Part shown: positions 1-9,791 of the stretch, piece after piece | How the letters are laid out: each line of letters begins with the position of its first letter | Numbering within the stretch: position 1 is the first letter of the stretch | From: Candidatus Poribacteria bacterium | GTDB taxonomy: Bacteria; Poribacteria; WGA-4E; UBA9662 | DNA: 64,000 nt | Assembly: GCA_046582655.1 (NCBI GenBank) | Contig: JAYGDX010000208.1 | Location: 1-64,000 of the forward strand | Reading direction: 5' to 3' | The notes under the pieces: model-generated | Told to the model about the DNA's origin: nothing | The model's input: only the letters and a program-made list of their open reading frames with translations | Databases searched by the model: none | Made by a program: the position numbers and the translations under genes

Positions 1-311
1 AATGGCTCGGACGCGTCAATGCCGCGTGATGTGACATCTCGGTAGAATCCGACAGCGTCATCACAGAAGAAACACAGCGTAACACCCTCACCTTTTTTGT
101 CTCTGAACTGCCGCGAATCGTGCCCTTGTGTCCTGAACTGCAGAAGCATCAGGCCTGCCTCCCCTGCCTTCCGTGCAACTGGGTCCTTGATCACGGCATC
201 GAATTCAACCGTCAAATCCAGCAACTCATCCAAATACGGAGCAATCTCCATGCATTGTTTGGGCCAATCGACCAGCGCTTTGTCGGCCTCGTTTTGGATC
301 CTTAAGAACAT
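1..311 (-). CDS. VOC/glyoxalase-family protein, partial (runs off left edge; N-terminus possibly chimeric)
   Basis: Manual translation from ATG 311: MFLRIQ...GEAGLMLLQFRTQGHDSRQFRDKKGEGVTLCFFCDDAVGFYRDVTSRGIDASEP, which resembles a VOC C-terminal half; not in ORF track. Confidence 0.5.
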   Translation of the reverse strand, partial: MFLRIQNEADKALVDWPKQCMEIAPYLDELLDLTVEFDAVIKDPVARKAGEAGLMLLQFRTQGHDSRQFRDKKGEGVTLCFFCDDAVGFYRDVTSRGIDASEP

Positions 312-457
312 TCTCGTCTACGGCTCGGCTTGGATTTTTTTCGCAGCGTGGGCATTTCTTCCACTTTGACCAACAGACCAATCCCTGGCGCCGATTCGGC
401 GTGTGCGGCTGAGATGCCAACGATCAGGGCGGTGAAGACTATTAGTGTGTATTTCAT
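302..457 (-). pseudogene. Short signal-peptide-bearing gene fragment (51 aa)
   Basis: MKYTLIVFTALIVGISAAHAES is a typical Sec signal with AHA cleavage site; stops after 51 codons. Confidence 0.35.
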
Positions 458-729
458 AGCTTGTTAAGTAGGTTCCACATTTCTTGAATCATGTCGCCCC
501 ATGCGGTTGGTCGAAGATGAATCGCCAGACTTTGCCTTTCAGGCTTGGTGGATCTGACCGAGAGCGATTTCCTTTAGTGTTGGGTGTCATGTCGTTTCTT
601 GTTCCATATCATCTGCTTCATCATCAGTTTCATATCTAACTTCCTTCTAGAACCTAGGGTTTGAATTCAAGTGTCTACTGAACCATATAGGTGGGTTGTT
701 GGATACCAAGTTGCTGGGTTTGCTTTGGT

Positions 730-899
730 ATTCTATCACAATTGCCGTATCGGGGTAAAGCGGTGGGGTCGAGTACTTGGGGACGACGATTTAGCTGGCG
801 ACCAACCCATCTAAATGGTGGGATGGAGTATGGTGTTATGCCGTCTTGGCATCGGTTCTTTTGCGCTGGAAAATTATCCGACGCTTTGTATGTACCGCC
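730..899 (-). repeat. Dispersed promoter-bearing repeat, copy A
   Basis: 843-895 is identical (53 bp) to 4478-4530; ends in TTTACC-N18-TAGAAT with TGn extension (759-730). Confidence 0.9.
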
Positions 900-958
900 A
901 TGCCAATTAATCGAGTTCACTCTTTAAAGCGTTGCAACTGATGGAATTGCTGTTGAAT

Positions 959-2323
959 TTATCTCGAATAGGGCACATTCCCAAACTCACCAACTTCATA
1001 TCCCCACTTCTCAAGATAATATTCGTTCTCCCTAAAGGAATCGCCAATCTTTTCCAATTGTTGCGACAACTCTTGTTCTAATTCCTTCTGAATATCTGCC
1101 ACCTCAGGAGTATTTGCCAAATTCTTTAATTGATATGGGTCTTCCACATCATCAAAGAGATAATACACATCTTCACTTGTCCACACGAAGGTATAGCGGT
1201 CGGTCCGAATAGCACGATAGGCAGGATCCAGATAATTGCTTCCACTAAACGGCGACACACTCATATAAAGTGCGACATGATCTTCTAATTCAACCTGATC
1301 TAGAACGCAGACCGACAAATCATCGCCTTCGACGGAATCGGGGATTTCCAGTCCACACAGCCCCAGTAATGTAGGCATAATATCCACCGTACCCAACGGC
1401 GTCATAACTTTCTGGTTTTGGTATTCAGAAGTAAATGCAGGATAGCGCAACAGATAAGGCACGCGACAGGATTCATCCCAGAAGATTTGTTTTGTAAACG
1501 GCTTCTTGTTGTGAGACCCCAACATTTCTCCGTGATCAGAGGAAAAAATAAGAATGGTATTTTCTTCTAAATCATTTGCCTTTAGCACCTCAACCAAATC
1601 CCCAACACATTGGTCCAAGGCCGCAATATGCGCGTAATATCCTGCCGCTTCTTGTCGGGTGAATGCTTCAAACTCGGAATCATCAAACACTACATTGGGT
1701 GAAAATGTGATTGCTTCGGGCGAAAACATCTCTTGAAATTCTTTGGGCGCGTTGTGATGCGGAAAGTGCGGAGGTCCCAATGATAAAACCAAGAAAAACG
1801 GTTTCTTGGAGTGTTCGTTTATGTAGACACAAGCATCATCCGTCTGTGCAAAAGCGTCGTATCCAGGCCATATTTTAATATCCGGATCATCGCTATCATA
1901 ATATTCAGAGTTCTGATAGTCATGCGTGCACTCCAACACTTTCCAATAATCAAAACCTTGCCGCCGCTCAGGTGGAATATAACTGGCACGACCATGCCCA
2001 TCCACATGCCATTTGCCGATATAAGCCGTATCATAACCACCCGTTTTAAAAGCCTTACCAATACTTCTCTCCTCGGGTGACAATGGCACATCATTCATAA
2101 ACATGCCTGTGGTCGTAGGGAAACGCCCAGTTAACAATGCAGCCCGTGCGGGTGTACAAACAGGAGAAGTGCCAATGGCATTGGCAAAATCAATCGACTC
2201 AGCGGCTAGCCGATCTATATTCGGTGTGCTTGCATTCGGATCACCATTATAACCTGTCGCTTTGGCACGCCATTGATCTGTTAAAATGTAAACTACATTG
2301 GGCTTGTCATTATTAGTCATCAA
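959..2323 (-). CDS. Sulfatase (formylglycine-dependent, family S1)
   Basis: KPNVVYILTDQ N-terminus, CTPAR signature, GKWH, SDHG. Confidence 0.95.
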   Translation of the reverse strand: MMTNNDKPNVVYILTDQWRAKATGYNGDPNASTPNIDRLAAESIDFANAIGTSPVCTPARAALLTGRFPTTTGMFMNDVPLSPEERSIGKAFKTGGYDTAYIGKWHVDGHGRASYIPPERRQGFDYWKVLECTHDYQNSEYYDSDDPDIKIWPGYDAFAQTDDACVYINEHSKKPFFLVLSLGPPHFPHHNAPKEFQEMFSPEAITFSPNVVFDDSEFEAFTRQEAAGYYAHIAALDQCVGDLVEVLKANDLEENTILIFSSDHGEMLGSHNKKPFTKQIFWDESCRVPYLLRYPAFTSEYQNQKVMTPLGTVDIMPTLLGLCGLEIPDSVEGDDLSVCVLDQVELEDHVALYMSVSPFSGSNYLDPAYRAIRTDRYTFVWTSEDVYYLFDDVEDPYQLKNLANTPEVADIQKELEQELSQQLEKIGDSFRENEYYLEKWGYEVGEFGNVPYSR

Positions 2324-2455
2324 ATGCTCCTATATTTTCTTGTAGGTCGAATCAGTCCTGAGCCTGCGAAAGAAAGACGACTTTCCCCCCTTCACTACCG
2401 AGCTTTCTGACTAAATTCAGTGTTTTCTCACAATTTAGTAATGATTTTTTCCATC

Positions 2456-2760
2456 AAGTCCCCCTGACCGCCACTAACGTAATATCATCATCTTGCTCTT
2501 CATCCGCTTATAGTTCATAATATCATTGATGATGGTATCCACTGCCGCTTCTCTTGGCATTTTAGCTGGTATATACTGGACAGTACTTCACCCAGTTTCC
2601 CTGATTCTTCCCACATCACACCTTCAGCGTTACGCGGTTCGGTGTTGACTCACATGGGATGGTCGGTATCATGCCCAGTGGTACCCTAAGCCTTTAAGCT
2701 GCAACAGCGCCACTGCGAATTAATAACGACTAGGCATGCTGGTTTGCATTAGCCAGTCAT
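2456..2760 (-). pseudogene. C-terminal remnant of a PP2C/SpoIIE-type phosphatase
   Basis: Frameshifted pieces VPLGMIP, TEPRNAEGVMWEESG, AVDTIINDI, EQDDDITLVAV (terminal DDIT motif). Confidence 0.65.
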
Positions 2761-2952
2761 TCGTTTCTTCATTGTGTCAATGTATTTTAGTTTCTGGAAT
2801 GTGTAGGAACTTCAATAAGTATCTAGGGTAATTCTTCATTCTTCTGAGGGTATTTAGTCGAATTGATGCTTACTCTGACTGCACGCCTTGCCCTTACCTC
2901 GAATGATGTCGTCTCGTTGCCAAGAGTGAACCACACGGCAGATATAGTCACT

Positions 2953-4068
2953 TTAACCAAGCATATGTTGTAGTTGGTATTCGGTGAACCAGTCACAACG
3001 AATACCACCTTTTGTTAATGAGTCGAAGGAACAGTACTGATCTAAGTAACCATAAACTCGGCAGACACCGCCTTCCTTTTCGATATCTGCAATGTAGGAC
3101 ATCCATGGAATGAATATATCAAGTTGTGTTTCAATGAGCGCTTGCAGAGAACCGATCCTCGCCCCAATGTCCCAGCCAACTAGATTTTCTTCTTCCCATC
3201 CTACCCCATCAGGCAACTCCCAGCAGTCGCTTTCATCATCGTATAGAAGCAAGAATTTCGATTCCCGGCCAGAGGGACAATCGATAAGTAAGCGTGTTGT
3301 GATGATAGACTGATCAAAACAGATGGGGATTAGGCGTTGACCAGCATCGATCAATGCGCTAAGGGCTGCGTTATTGTATGGATAGTACCCTGCAGCAGGG
3401 GGGGAGTTGACCGCACAATACTTGTTGAAGATACCACAACGATCTTGGGTAGAGATACCAGCCGGTGCTTTATGCCAAGTGTGCTGATTCACGAGCAGTA
3501 AGTCACCGGCCTTGAGTTCCGGATCGACAAAGGGAGACAGTTGGGCGATATCGGGACGGGTTATATCCCATATGCGTGCCCGCTTGTTAATAACCTGGGT
3601 CAGCTTATGAGATATGGGTGCTACGAGAAACGGGCCACACTCCAAATCGAAATCGGTCAGTGGAATAATTGAGAACATCCAGTTCATCGACGAGCCAACC
3701 GGGCGCCAACGTTTGTAATCACAGTGCGGACCAGATCCTCCATCGCCTGGAGTTCGCAGATAGGCGACGTAGGCAGTCAGATAAGCTGGCTGACCCAGCA
3801 AGCACTCAACGGCTTCGACAACTGCCGGATGTTCAGCAACGGGGGATAGTCCCGGCTCAGCCAGCTTATTGCCACTGATCGTATATTTCCCCGGCTTAGG
3901 ATATTTCAGCGAAGGAGGGTACGAATTGTATTGGACTTGTTGTTGGACGATACGACGAAGTCCAACAGCTTCATCAGGGGATAGTACATTACGAATGATT
4001 AGATAACCGTTCTCATCGTAGGCATCTATTTGTTGATCGCTGAGAGCCATGGTGTTAATTGTAGTCAT
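2953..4068 (-). CDS. Phytanoyl-CoA dioxygenase (PhyH) family protein with C-terminal NUDIX-like extension
   Basis: LSDQQIDAYDENGYLII N-terminus, HCD and distal WH iron ligands; C-terminal FLLL...WELPDG; probable start ATG 4068, not 4284. Confidence 0.85.
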   Translation of the reverse strand: MTTINTMALSDQQIDAYDENGYLIIRNVLSPDEAVGLRRIVQQQVQYNSYPPSLKYPKPGKYTISGNKLAEPGLSPVAEHPAVVEAVECLLGQPAYLTAYVAYLRTPGDGGSGPHCDYKRWRPVGSSMNWMFSIIPLTDFDLECGPFLVAPISHKLTQVINKRARIWDITRPDIAQLSPFVDPELKAGDLLLVNQHTWHKAPAGISTQDRCGIFNKYCAVNSPPAAGYYPYNNAALSALIDAGQRLIPICFDQSIITTRLLIDCPSGRESKFLLLYDDESDCWELPDGVGWEEENLVGWDIGARIGSLQALIETQLDIFIPWMSYIADIEKEGGVCRVYGYLDQYCSFDSLTKGGIRCDWFTEYQLQHMLG

Positions 4069-4308
4069 AATGTTGCCCCACAACGAAAAAGTGGTGATGC
4101 ATGACCTGTCTCCATTGTAGAGTGAAATCCCATATTGGGTGCTGAACCACATGGCTCTGTTTTGCTTTGTAACATGCCTCACCATTCTGATGCCAATTTT
4201 GGGATGGCATCGGACACTTAGCCCGATAATTGGGTAACTTGATAGGCAGATTCTAAATCGAATCCATCTAAATTTGATAAACACCAGCTGAGCGAAATCG
4301 ATTCGCGT

Positions 4309-4535
4309 ATTCTATCACGATTGCGGTTTCGGGGTAAAGCGGTGGGGTATTCTGAGCCTATAATGCAGGCAAAATGAACCCACCCACACCGGACTGAAGC
4401 CTAGTTCAGACCAGTGTAGATGGGTTTTGCTGCTTTAGTTTTAGCTTCTGGCTGGAAGATATGTGCTATGTTACGGTGTCTTGGCATCGGTTCTTTTGCG
4501 CTGGAAAATTATCCGACGCTTTGTATGTACTGCCG
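4309..4535 (-). repeat. Dispersed promoter-bearing repeat, copy B, with inserted 22-bp hairpin
   Basis: 53-bp identity with copy A; TTTACC(4338-4333)-N18-TAGAAT(4314-4309); hairpin 4377-4426. Confidence 0.9.
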
Positions 4536-4603
4536 CAGGCAATTTTACCACGGGTAAACGAAACAATTACATACATCCACATCTGGTATTACAAACCAAC
4601 AAT

Positions 4604-4643
4604 AAAAAATCCCGGTTGAGAATTAACTCAATCAGGATTTTTT
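4604..4643 (-). terminator. Intrinsic (possibly bidirectional) terminator downstream of ABC exporter gene
   Basis: aaaaaatcccggttgag-aattaa-ctcaatcaggatttttt inverted repeat with A and T tracts. Confidence 0.7.
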
Positions 4644-4829
4644 AACAGTTGCGTTGTTTGCTTAATATCTCCTGATGTAAGATCAACTTTTTGAAACTTT
4701 CCTCAATTTGACCAGAGAACTTGACACCTTAATCGTCACCTCAACAGGCTGCTAGGATTGAATGAAGCAGCAACTGTCCTGACTGATTTAGGTAAGATAG
4801 GCTAGGCCGATTCGAGAGTTGGGAATCTA

Positions 4830-6480
4830 TTAGAAAAGATCTCCCTCCATATTATCAAAACTCGGTATTTTCGGTTGGGTTCGTTGTTGAGGTCTTCTTT
4901 GTCTTTTTGGTGGAAGTTCCGTAGGTTCTGCATCAACCGAGCGGAACTGCACCTCATGCAACTTGGTATAAAGCCCGTTCAACGCCAAAAGATCTCCATG
5001 TTTACCTGTTTCAACGATCCTGCCACTTTCCAAAACGACAATCAGATCAGCGTGTTGAATGGTGGACAATCGGTGTGCGATCACGAAAGTTGTGCAATCT
5101 TTTACAAGATTATCAATGGCTTGTTGAATGAGGATTTCCGTCTCCGTATCGACCGATGAAGTGGCTTCATCGAGGATTAGAATCTTTGGATCCGCTAGAA
5201 TTGCTCTCGCAATCGACAACCTTTGCTTTTGCCCGCCCGATAGTTTCACTCCGCGTTCGCCGACTCGTGTTTCGTACTGCTTGGGCAGTTCCATGATAAA
5301 ATCGTGAGCATTGGCGGCTTTTGTGGCGTTGATGACCTCTGCGTCGGTTGCGTTGAGTTTGACGTAAGTGATGTTTATTTTGATCGTGTTGTTGAAAAGG
5401 AACGGCTCTTGTTGCACAATGCCGATCTGTTTCCGTAACGGCTTTGCTTTGGTCTCTTTACAGATTATGTCCATCGATAAAAAGTTCGCCTTTTATGGGA
5501 TCGTAGAATCGCGGGATGAGATTGGTCAAAGTCGTTTTACCGGAACCACTTGGTCCGACGAATGCGATCATTTGTCCGGAATATGCTTTGATCTCGATAT
5601 CTGATAACACTTCGGTTTCATCGCCATAGCTAAAATGGACACCTCTAAATTCGACATCGCCCTTAACCGTCTCCAGATCGATCGCATCAGGTGCGTCCTG
5701 GATCTCTGGTTCGGTGTCCAACACTTCAAAGACACGTTCACTCGAAGCCAGCGCCTGCTGAATATGGTTATAAAATCTGGAAAGCCCTGTGATCGGACCG
5801 TAGAGTCTGGGTAAATATCTGAAAAAGATCACGAAAATGCCCGGGCTTATTTCTCTGTTAAATACTAAAATACTTCCGTAACACAGGACAACAAGCGTTC
5901 CTCTCTGATTGAGAAAATCTATAATCGGTCGAAACACTCGAAAATAAACCCCCAGTCTCACTCGCACTTCGTAATTTTCACGACTGGATTTGTTGAATCG
6001 ATCAAGTTCATAATCTTCTCTGGCAAATCCTTTGATCACCCTGATTCCGGAAAGATTATCTTGCAGCAAGCTGTTGAGTTTGCCGATCTTTTTCCGTAAT
6101 TCGAGGGAGTTTTTGCGAAAAATTCTTGTAACCAAGATCAGGACAGGCGTGGCGATGAGAGCCAACAAAGTTAATTTCCAGCTCCAGGACAGACAAAAAT
6201 AAAGAATGAAGAACAGACTACAAATATCAGCAACAAAGCCGACAACAGGACCGACGATTACCTCAGCAAGCGAATCGACATCGTTGACAACTCTGGACAT
6301 GACATCGCCGGTTTGCCGATCTTCAAAATACTTGAGAGAGACGTTCTAAGTGCCGGTAAATCTGGCTTCGCATGTCATAAACTAAAGATTGACCAATATA
6401 CACCATGATCAATTCCTGCACGATTGAGACGCACTGGCTGACAACGAATAGCGTTAAAAACGCCAAAGCCAAAGTAACCT
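4830..6480 (-). pseudogene. ABC exporter (MsbA-like permease + ATPase), fragmented
   Basis: Walker A GPSGSGKT in ORF 5458-6300, LSGGQ and ILILDEAT in ORF 4830-5474; frameshifts near 5460 and near 6340 (ctctctc tract); N-terminus eroded. Confidence 0.85.
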
Positions 6481-6669
6481 ATGGGTTGTGCGTTGATTGA
6501 GATGAATTCTCATCAAGGAATTTATGAATTGAGTAGGGTTATAGGAAGGATTGGTGAATCTATAGGGTAGTGGTCAGTAGTTTGGGATTACAAAAGTGAT
6601 AAATTGAGAAGATAATTAGACTTTTAAGTTTTGTGTGAGAGATCTATTGAACAAATAATACCGATTTTA

Positions 6670-6678
6670 TGCTATAAT
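6670..6678 (+). promoter_or_regulatory. Extended -10 promoter
   Basis: TGcTATAAT about 23 nt upstream of ATG 6702, followed by RBS AAGGAG. Confidence 0.6.
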
Positions 6679-6701
6679 CCAAGTCGCAAAGGAGAGCGTC
6701 T

Positions 6702-8330
6702 ATGCTAAATACAGTTACGCAACAGATCGGTTGGAAGGCAGTTAGCAAAACAGGTGTGGTTACGGCCGGTGGGGCCAAGGCCGTCAAGGCAGGAATTGGG
6801 ATTCTGGATGCGGGAGGCAATGCCGCAGACGCGGCAGTAGGAACCATTCTTGCTCTTAATGTTACGGATCACGGGGCTTGTTCTATTGGTGGAGAGGTAC
6901 CAGTCCTCATTTTTGATGCGCAAAAGCGGGAAGTGAAAGCACTCTGTGGTCAGGGCCGAGCACCACTTTCGCAAACGGCCATTGATTGGTACATGAAAAA
7001 TGGTATCCCTCAGGGCGATATTAAGATGGCACCCGTCCCCTCAGTTGTAGACCTGTGCATTACCACTCTCAAGCAATATGGCACCAAAACATTTGAGGAA
7101 GTCATAGCTCCCACACTTGCCTTGCTAGACGCGGGAACGGAAGCGTGGCATCCTAAACTGGCAGTCACGCTGCTCCGGATGGTCGAGGAGGAACAGATCA
7201 CACCCGGTAGTCGTGAGGAAAAACTGCAAGCTGCAACCAACCGTTTTTATGGTCGAAATAAACTTCACCATGACATTGCGGATGATTTGGAAGATTTTTA
7301 CATCCAGAAGGGTGGGTTTCTTCGCAAAGCAGACTTAGCCAACCACAGCACCCTCATTGAAGACCCAGTGGTGGTGAATTACCGGGGGTACATGGTCTAC
7401 AAGTGTGGCCCATGGACTCAAGGGCCTTATCTCTGTCAAGCTTTGCGTTTGCTGGAAGGCTTTGATCTTAAAGCCATGGGTAATTTCTCGGCAGATTATG
7501 TCCATGTGGTCGCTGAAGCCACCAAACTGGCGATGGCCGATCGTGATGCGTATTATGGTGACCCAGAGTTTGTTGATGTGCCATTATCTGTGCTACTTTC
7601 TGATACCTACACTGAGCTTCGTCGGCCACTGATCGATATGCAACGGGCCTCGCTCGAAGCCCGTCCAGGTGATCCGTATCATATGGAGCCTCTCAAGGGA
7701 GAGGGCACCTTTCAGCCAGGTGTAGGTGGAACGACAACTTGTGTGGTTGCTGATCGTTGGGGTAACGTGGTCGCGGCCACGCCTTCTGCCAATGTCTTCC
7801 GAGATGAATCCAATGGTGGTCGGTCGGGCGTCACCTATGGTAATCGCCTACGTAGTCTGAATACAACTCCGGGTCATCCAAACTGTATCCAGGTTGGGAA
7901 GCGACCCCGCATTACGCTTACCCCCACACTAGTTTTGAAGAATGGAAGCCCGATTTTAGCCATCAGTGTGGCGGGTGGTGATCTGCAAGATCAGGCGACG
8001 ATGAATTTGCTTCTTAATTTCATTGAGTTTCAGATGTTGCCTGAAGCTGCTGTGACCGCGCCTCGCTTTGCCACGGCACATCACCAAGATTCGTTTGATC
8101 CCAATCCGAACCGGACACAGGCGTTCAAGCAGGTGGGGTCGTTGACCATCAGCGACAGCATAGACTTGAGTGTTCAACAAGAATTGGCTATGCGTGGGCA
8201 TCAACTTGAGGTAAAGTCATCTCCAATTGCGAACCCCGTCATGCTCTATATCGATCAAGAGAGTGGAACACTCTACGCCGCTGGTGATCCAGAGGCGGGC
8301 CGTCATGCGGCAGGTCTAGGCGAAAAATGA
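6702..8330 (+). CDS. Gamma-glutamyltransferase family protein (Ntn hydrolase)
   Basis: GGNAADAAV, DRDAYYGDP, GTTTCVVADRWGN (nucleophile Thr), GKRPRITLTP, GGDLQDQ. Confidence 0.92.
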   Translation: MLNTVTQQIGWKAVSKTGVVTAGGAKAVKAGIGILDAGGNAADAAVGTILALNVTDHGACSIGGEVPVLIFDAQKREVKALCGQGRAPLSQTAIDWYMKNGIPQGDIKMAPVPSVVDLCITTLKQYGTKTFEEVIAPTLALLDAGTEAWHPKLAVTLLRMVEEEQITPGSREEKLQAATNRFYGRNKLHHDIADDLEDFYIQKGGFLRKADLANHSTLIEDPVVVNYRGYMVYKCGPWTQGPYLCQALRLLEGFDLKAMGNFSADYVHVVAEATKLAMADRDAYYGDPEFVDVPLSVLLSDTYTELRRPLIDMQRASLEARPGDPYHMEPLKGEGTFQPGVGGTTTCVVADRWGNVVAATPSANVFRDESNGGRSGVTYGNRLRSLNTTPGHPNCIQVGKRPRITLTPTLVLKNGSPILAISVAGGDLQDQATMNLLLNFIEFQMLPEAAVTAPRFATAHHQDSFDPNPNRTQAFKQVGSLTISDSIDLSVQQELAMRGHQLEVKSSPIANPVMLYIDQESGTLYAAGDPEAGRHAAGLGEK

Positions 8331-8339
8331 TAATGCCAA

Positions 8340-9299
8340 TTGACTTGGGAAGTGGGGGTCAATGGCCTTAGCGCTGAGCATGACAACGAAAACCTTCAAG
8401 TTTATGCAAATGGGCCAACTGACAAAAGGCACCTGCTATCTGGAAAATATATAGTGAAGATGATTCCCCGATTTCAACTCGATCCATTTGACTCGCAAGA
8501 GCTCGTTGATGCCTATATTGAAAACGGTTTTGTCTTGGTTGAAGACGTGATTTTACCAGAGGAGCAGGAGGAAATTAAGACCGATCTAGCCAAAATCAAT
8601 CGTGGTGACTATTCCTGCCAGGTCATCGATCCCATAGGTTGGCCATTAGACGATGAAAGGTTGCTGGGTAGATACATGTATATCGGTCAACCTCACGCCT
8701 ACAGTCCAACCATTCGCCAATACATTGCTCATTCAGGTTTATGCCAGATCCTAGACTTGATTGTTGGTGCCACGGTACCATTTTGGAATGGTGCTTACAA
8801 ATGTATGCAGACCATGTTTGTGACCAAAAAGCCGGGTGGCAACGGTAGCCCTTGGCACCAAGACGAACATCCGATTCCGACACGGGATCGCTCGCTTACT
8901 GGGGTTTGGATTCCACTATCAGATACGGCTATTGATAACAGCTGTCTCTGGATCATCCCAGACAGCCATAAATCTGGCGTAATCTATCACCGTTATTCAC
9001 ACAATCTACCCGATGTAGACAGCATGACCATTGCACGTGGATTTGACGATAGCAGTGCTATTCCAGTAGAGATGGGAGCGGGTAGTGTGTTGTTTTTTTC
9101 TGGATATTTACTGCACAGTTCGAAAAAAAATTTGGGTAAGGCCTACCGACCAACGCTAACCATTCACTATTGCACCTCAACCTCCTGGCTCTCATGGCAA
9201 GGCGAACTTAATTATCGGGGCGTAGTCCAAGTTCGAGGTGAAGATCCGTATCAGGCCGAGGGATATATCTCTCCCAGAACTTGGGTAAAGGTCGAATAG
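8340..9299 (+). CDS. Phytanoyl-CoA dioxygenase (PhyH) family protein (start may be ATG 8460)
   Basis: KKPGGNGSPWHQD, CLWIIPDSH, LLHSS. Confidence 0.9.
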   Translation: MTWEVGVNGLSAEHDNENLQVYANGPTDKRHLLSGKYIVKMIPRFQLDPFDSQELVDAYIENGFVLVEDVILPEEQEEIKTDLAKINRGDYSCQVIDPIGWPLDDERLLGRYMYIGQPHAYSPTIRQYIAHSGLCQILDLIVGATVPFWNGAYKCMQTMFVTKKPGGNGSPWHQDEHPIPTRDRSLTGVWIPLSDTAIDNSCLWIIPDSHKSGVIYHRYSHNLPDVDSMTIARGFDDSSAIPVEMGAGSVLFFSGYLLHSSKKNLGKAYRPTLTIHYCTSTSWLSWQGELNYRGVVQVRGEDPYQAEGYISPRTWVKVE

Positions 9300-9791
9300 C
9301 CTAATCAATAAAGTCAGACTAGCTACCTAACGATTCGTTTCTCCTTACTCAGATATAGCACAATCATGAGTAGGATGCTTTATCCAGGTTCTTAGCATAA
9401 TTGAAGCACAATGTGGCAAACCGGCACCTGATTCTGATTTTGATCTTATGTTTACTTATAGTTTGTCGCTTAACTACGCAATTTTATAACATCGACGGTA
9501 ACTGTATTGAAAAAGAATTATACAAGAAAAAGCCCGAAATGAACCTTCACTTTTTGTGAATCTCTTATTATATTGCAAATGGGGTTGTTATTCCTTTTGG
9601 TCTAAGGGCTGAAATGCGCACATCGGAGGAAAAGTACATCCCACATCTCCGCATGGAAATGTTTGAAGATATTAAGAGAGTGGGCATTGAGATATTAGAA
9701 CGTAACGAAAGCTATAATGGTGCTTTATAAGCTAGTGAGAGGTTAAAGAAAGAGTTGGAGAACAAAAAACTTCTGGAGGAGCCTATAGATA

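Noticed and set aside
2355..2372. gtcctgagcctgcgaaag as a REP-like element
   Set aside because: Single short degenerate half-site; not enough support
4069..4284. N-terminal extension of the PhyH ORF given in the track
   Set aside because: Family similarity starts near 4068; the extension looks like non-coding or remnant sequence
9500..9790. Possible small gene upstream of the propeller operon
   Set aside because: Interrupted by stops, with no recognisable family
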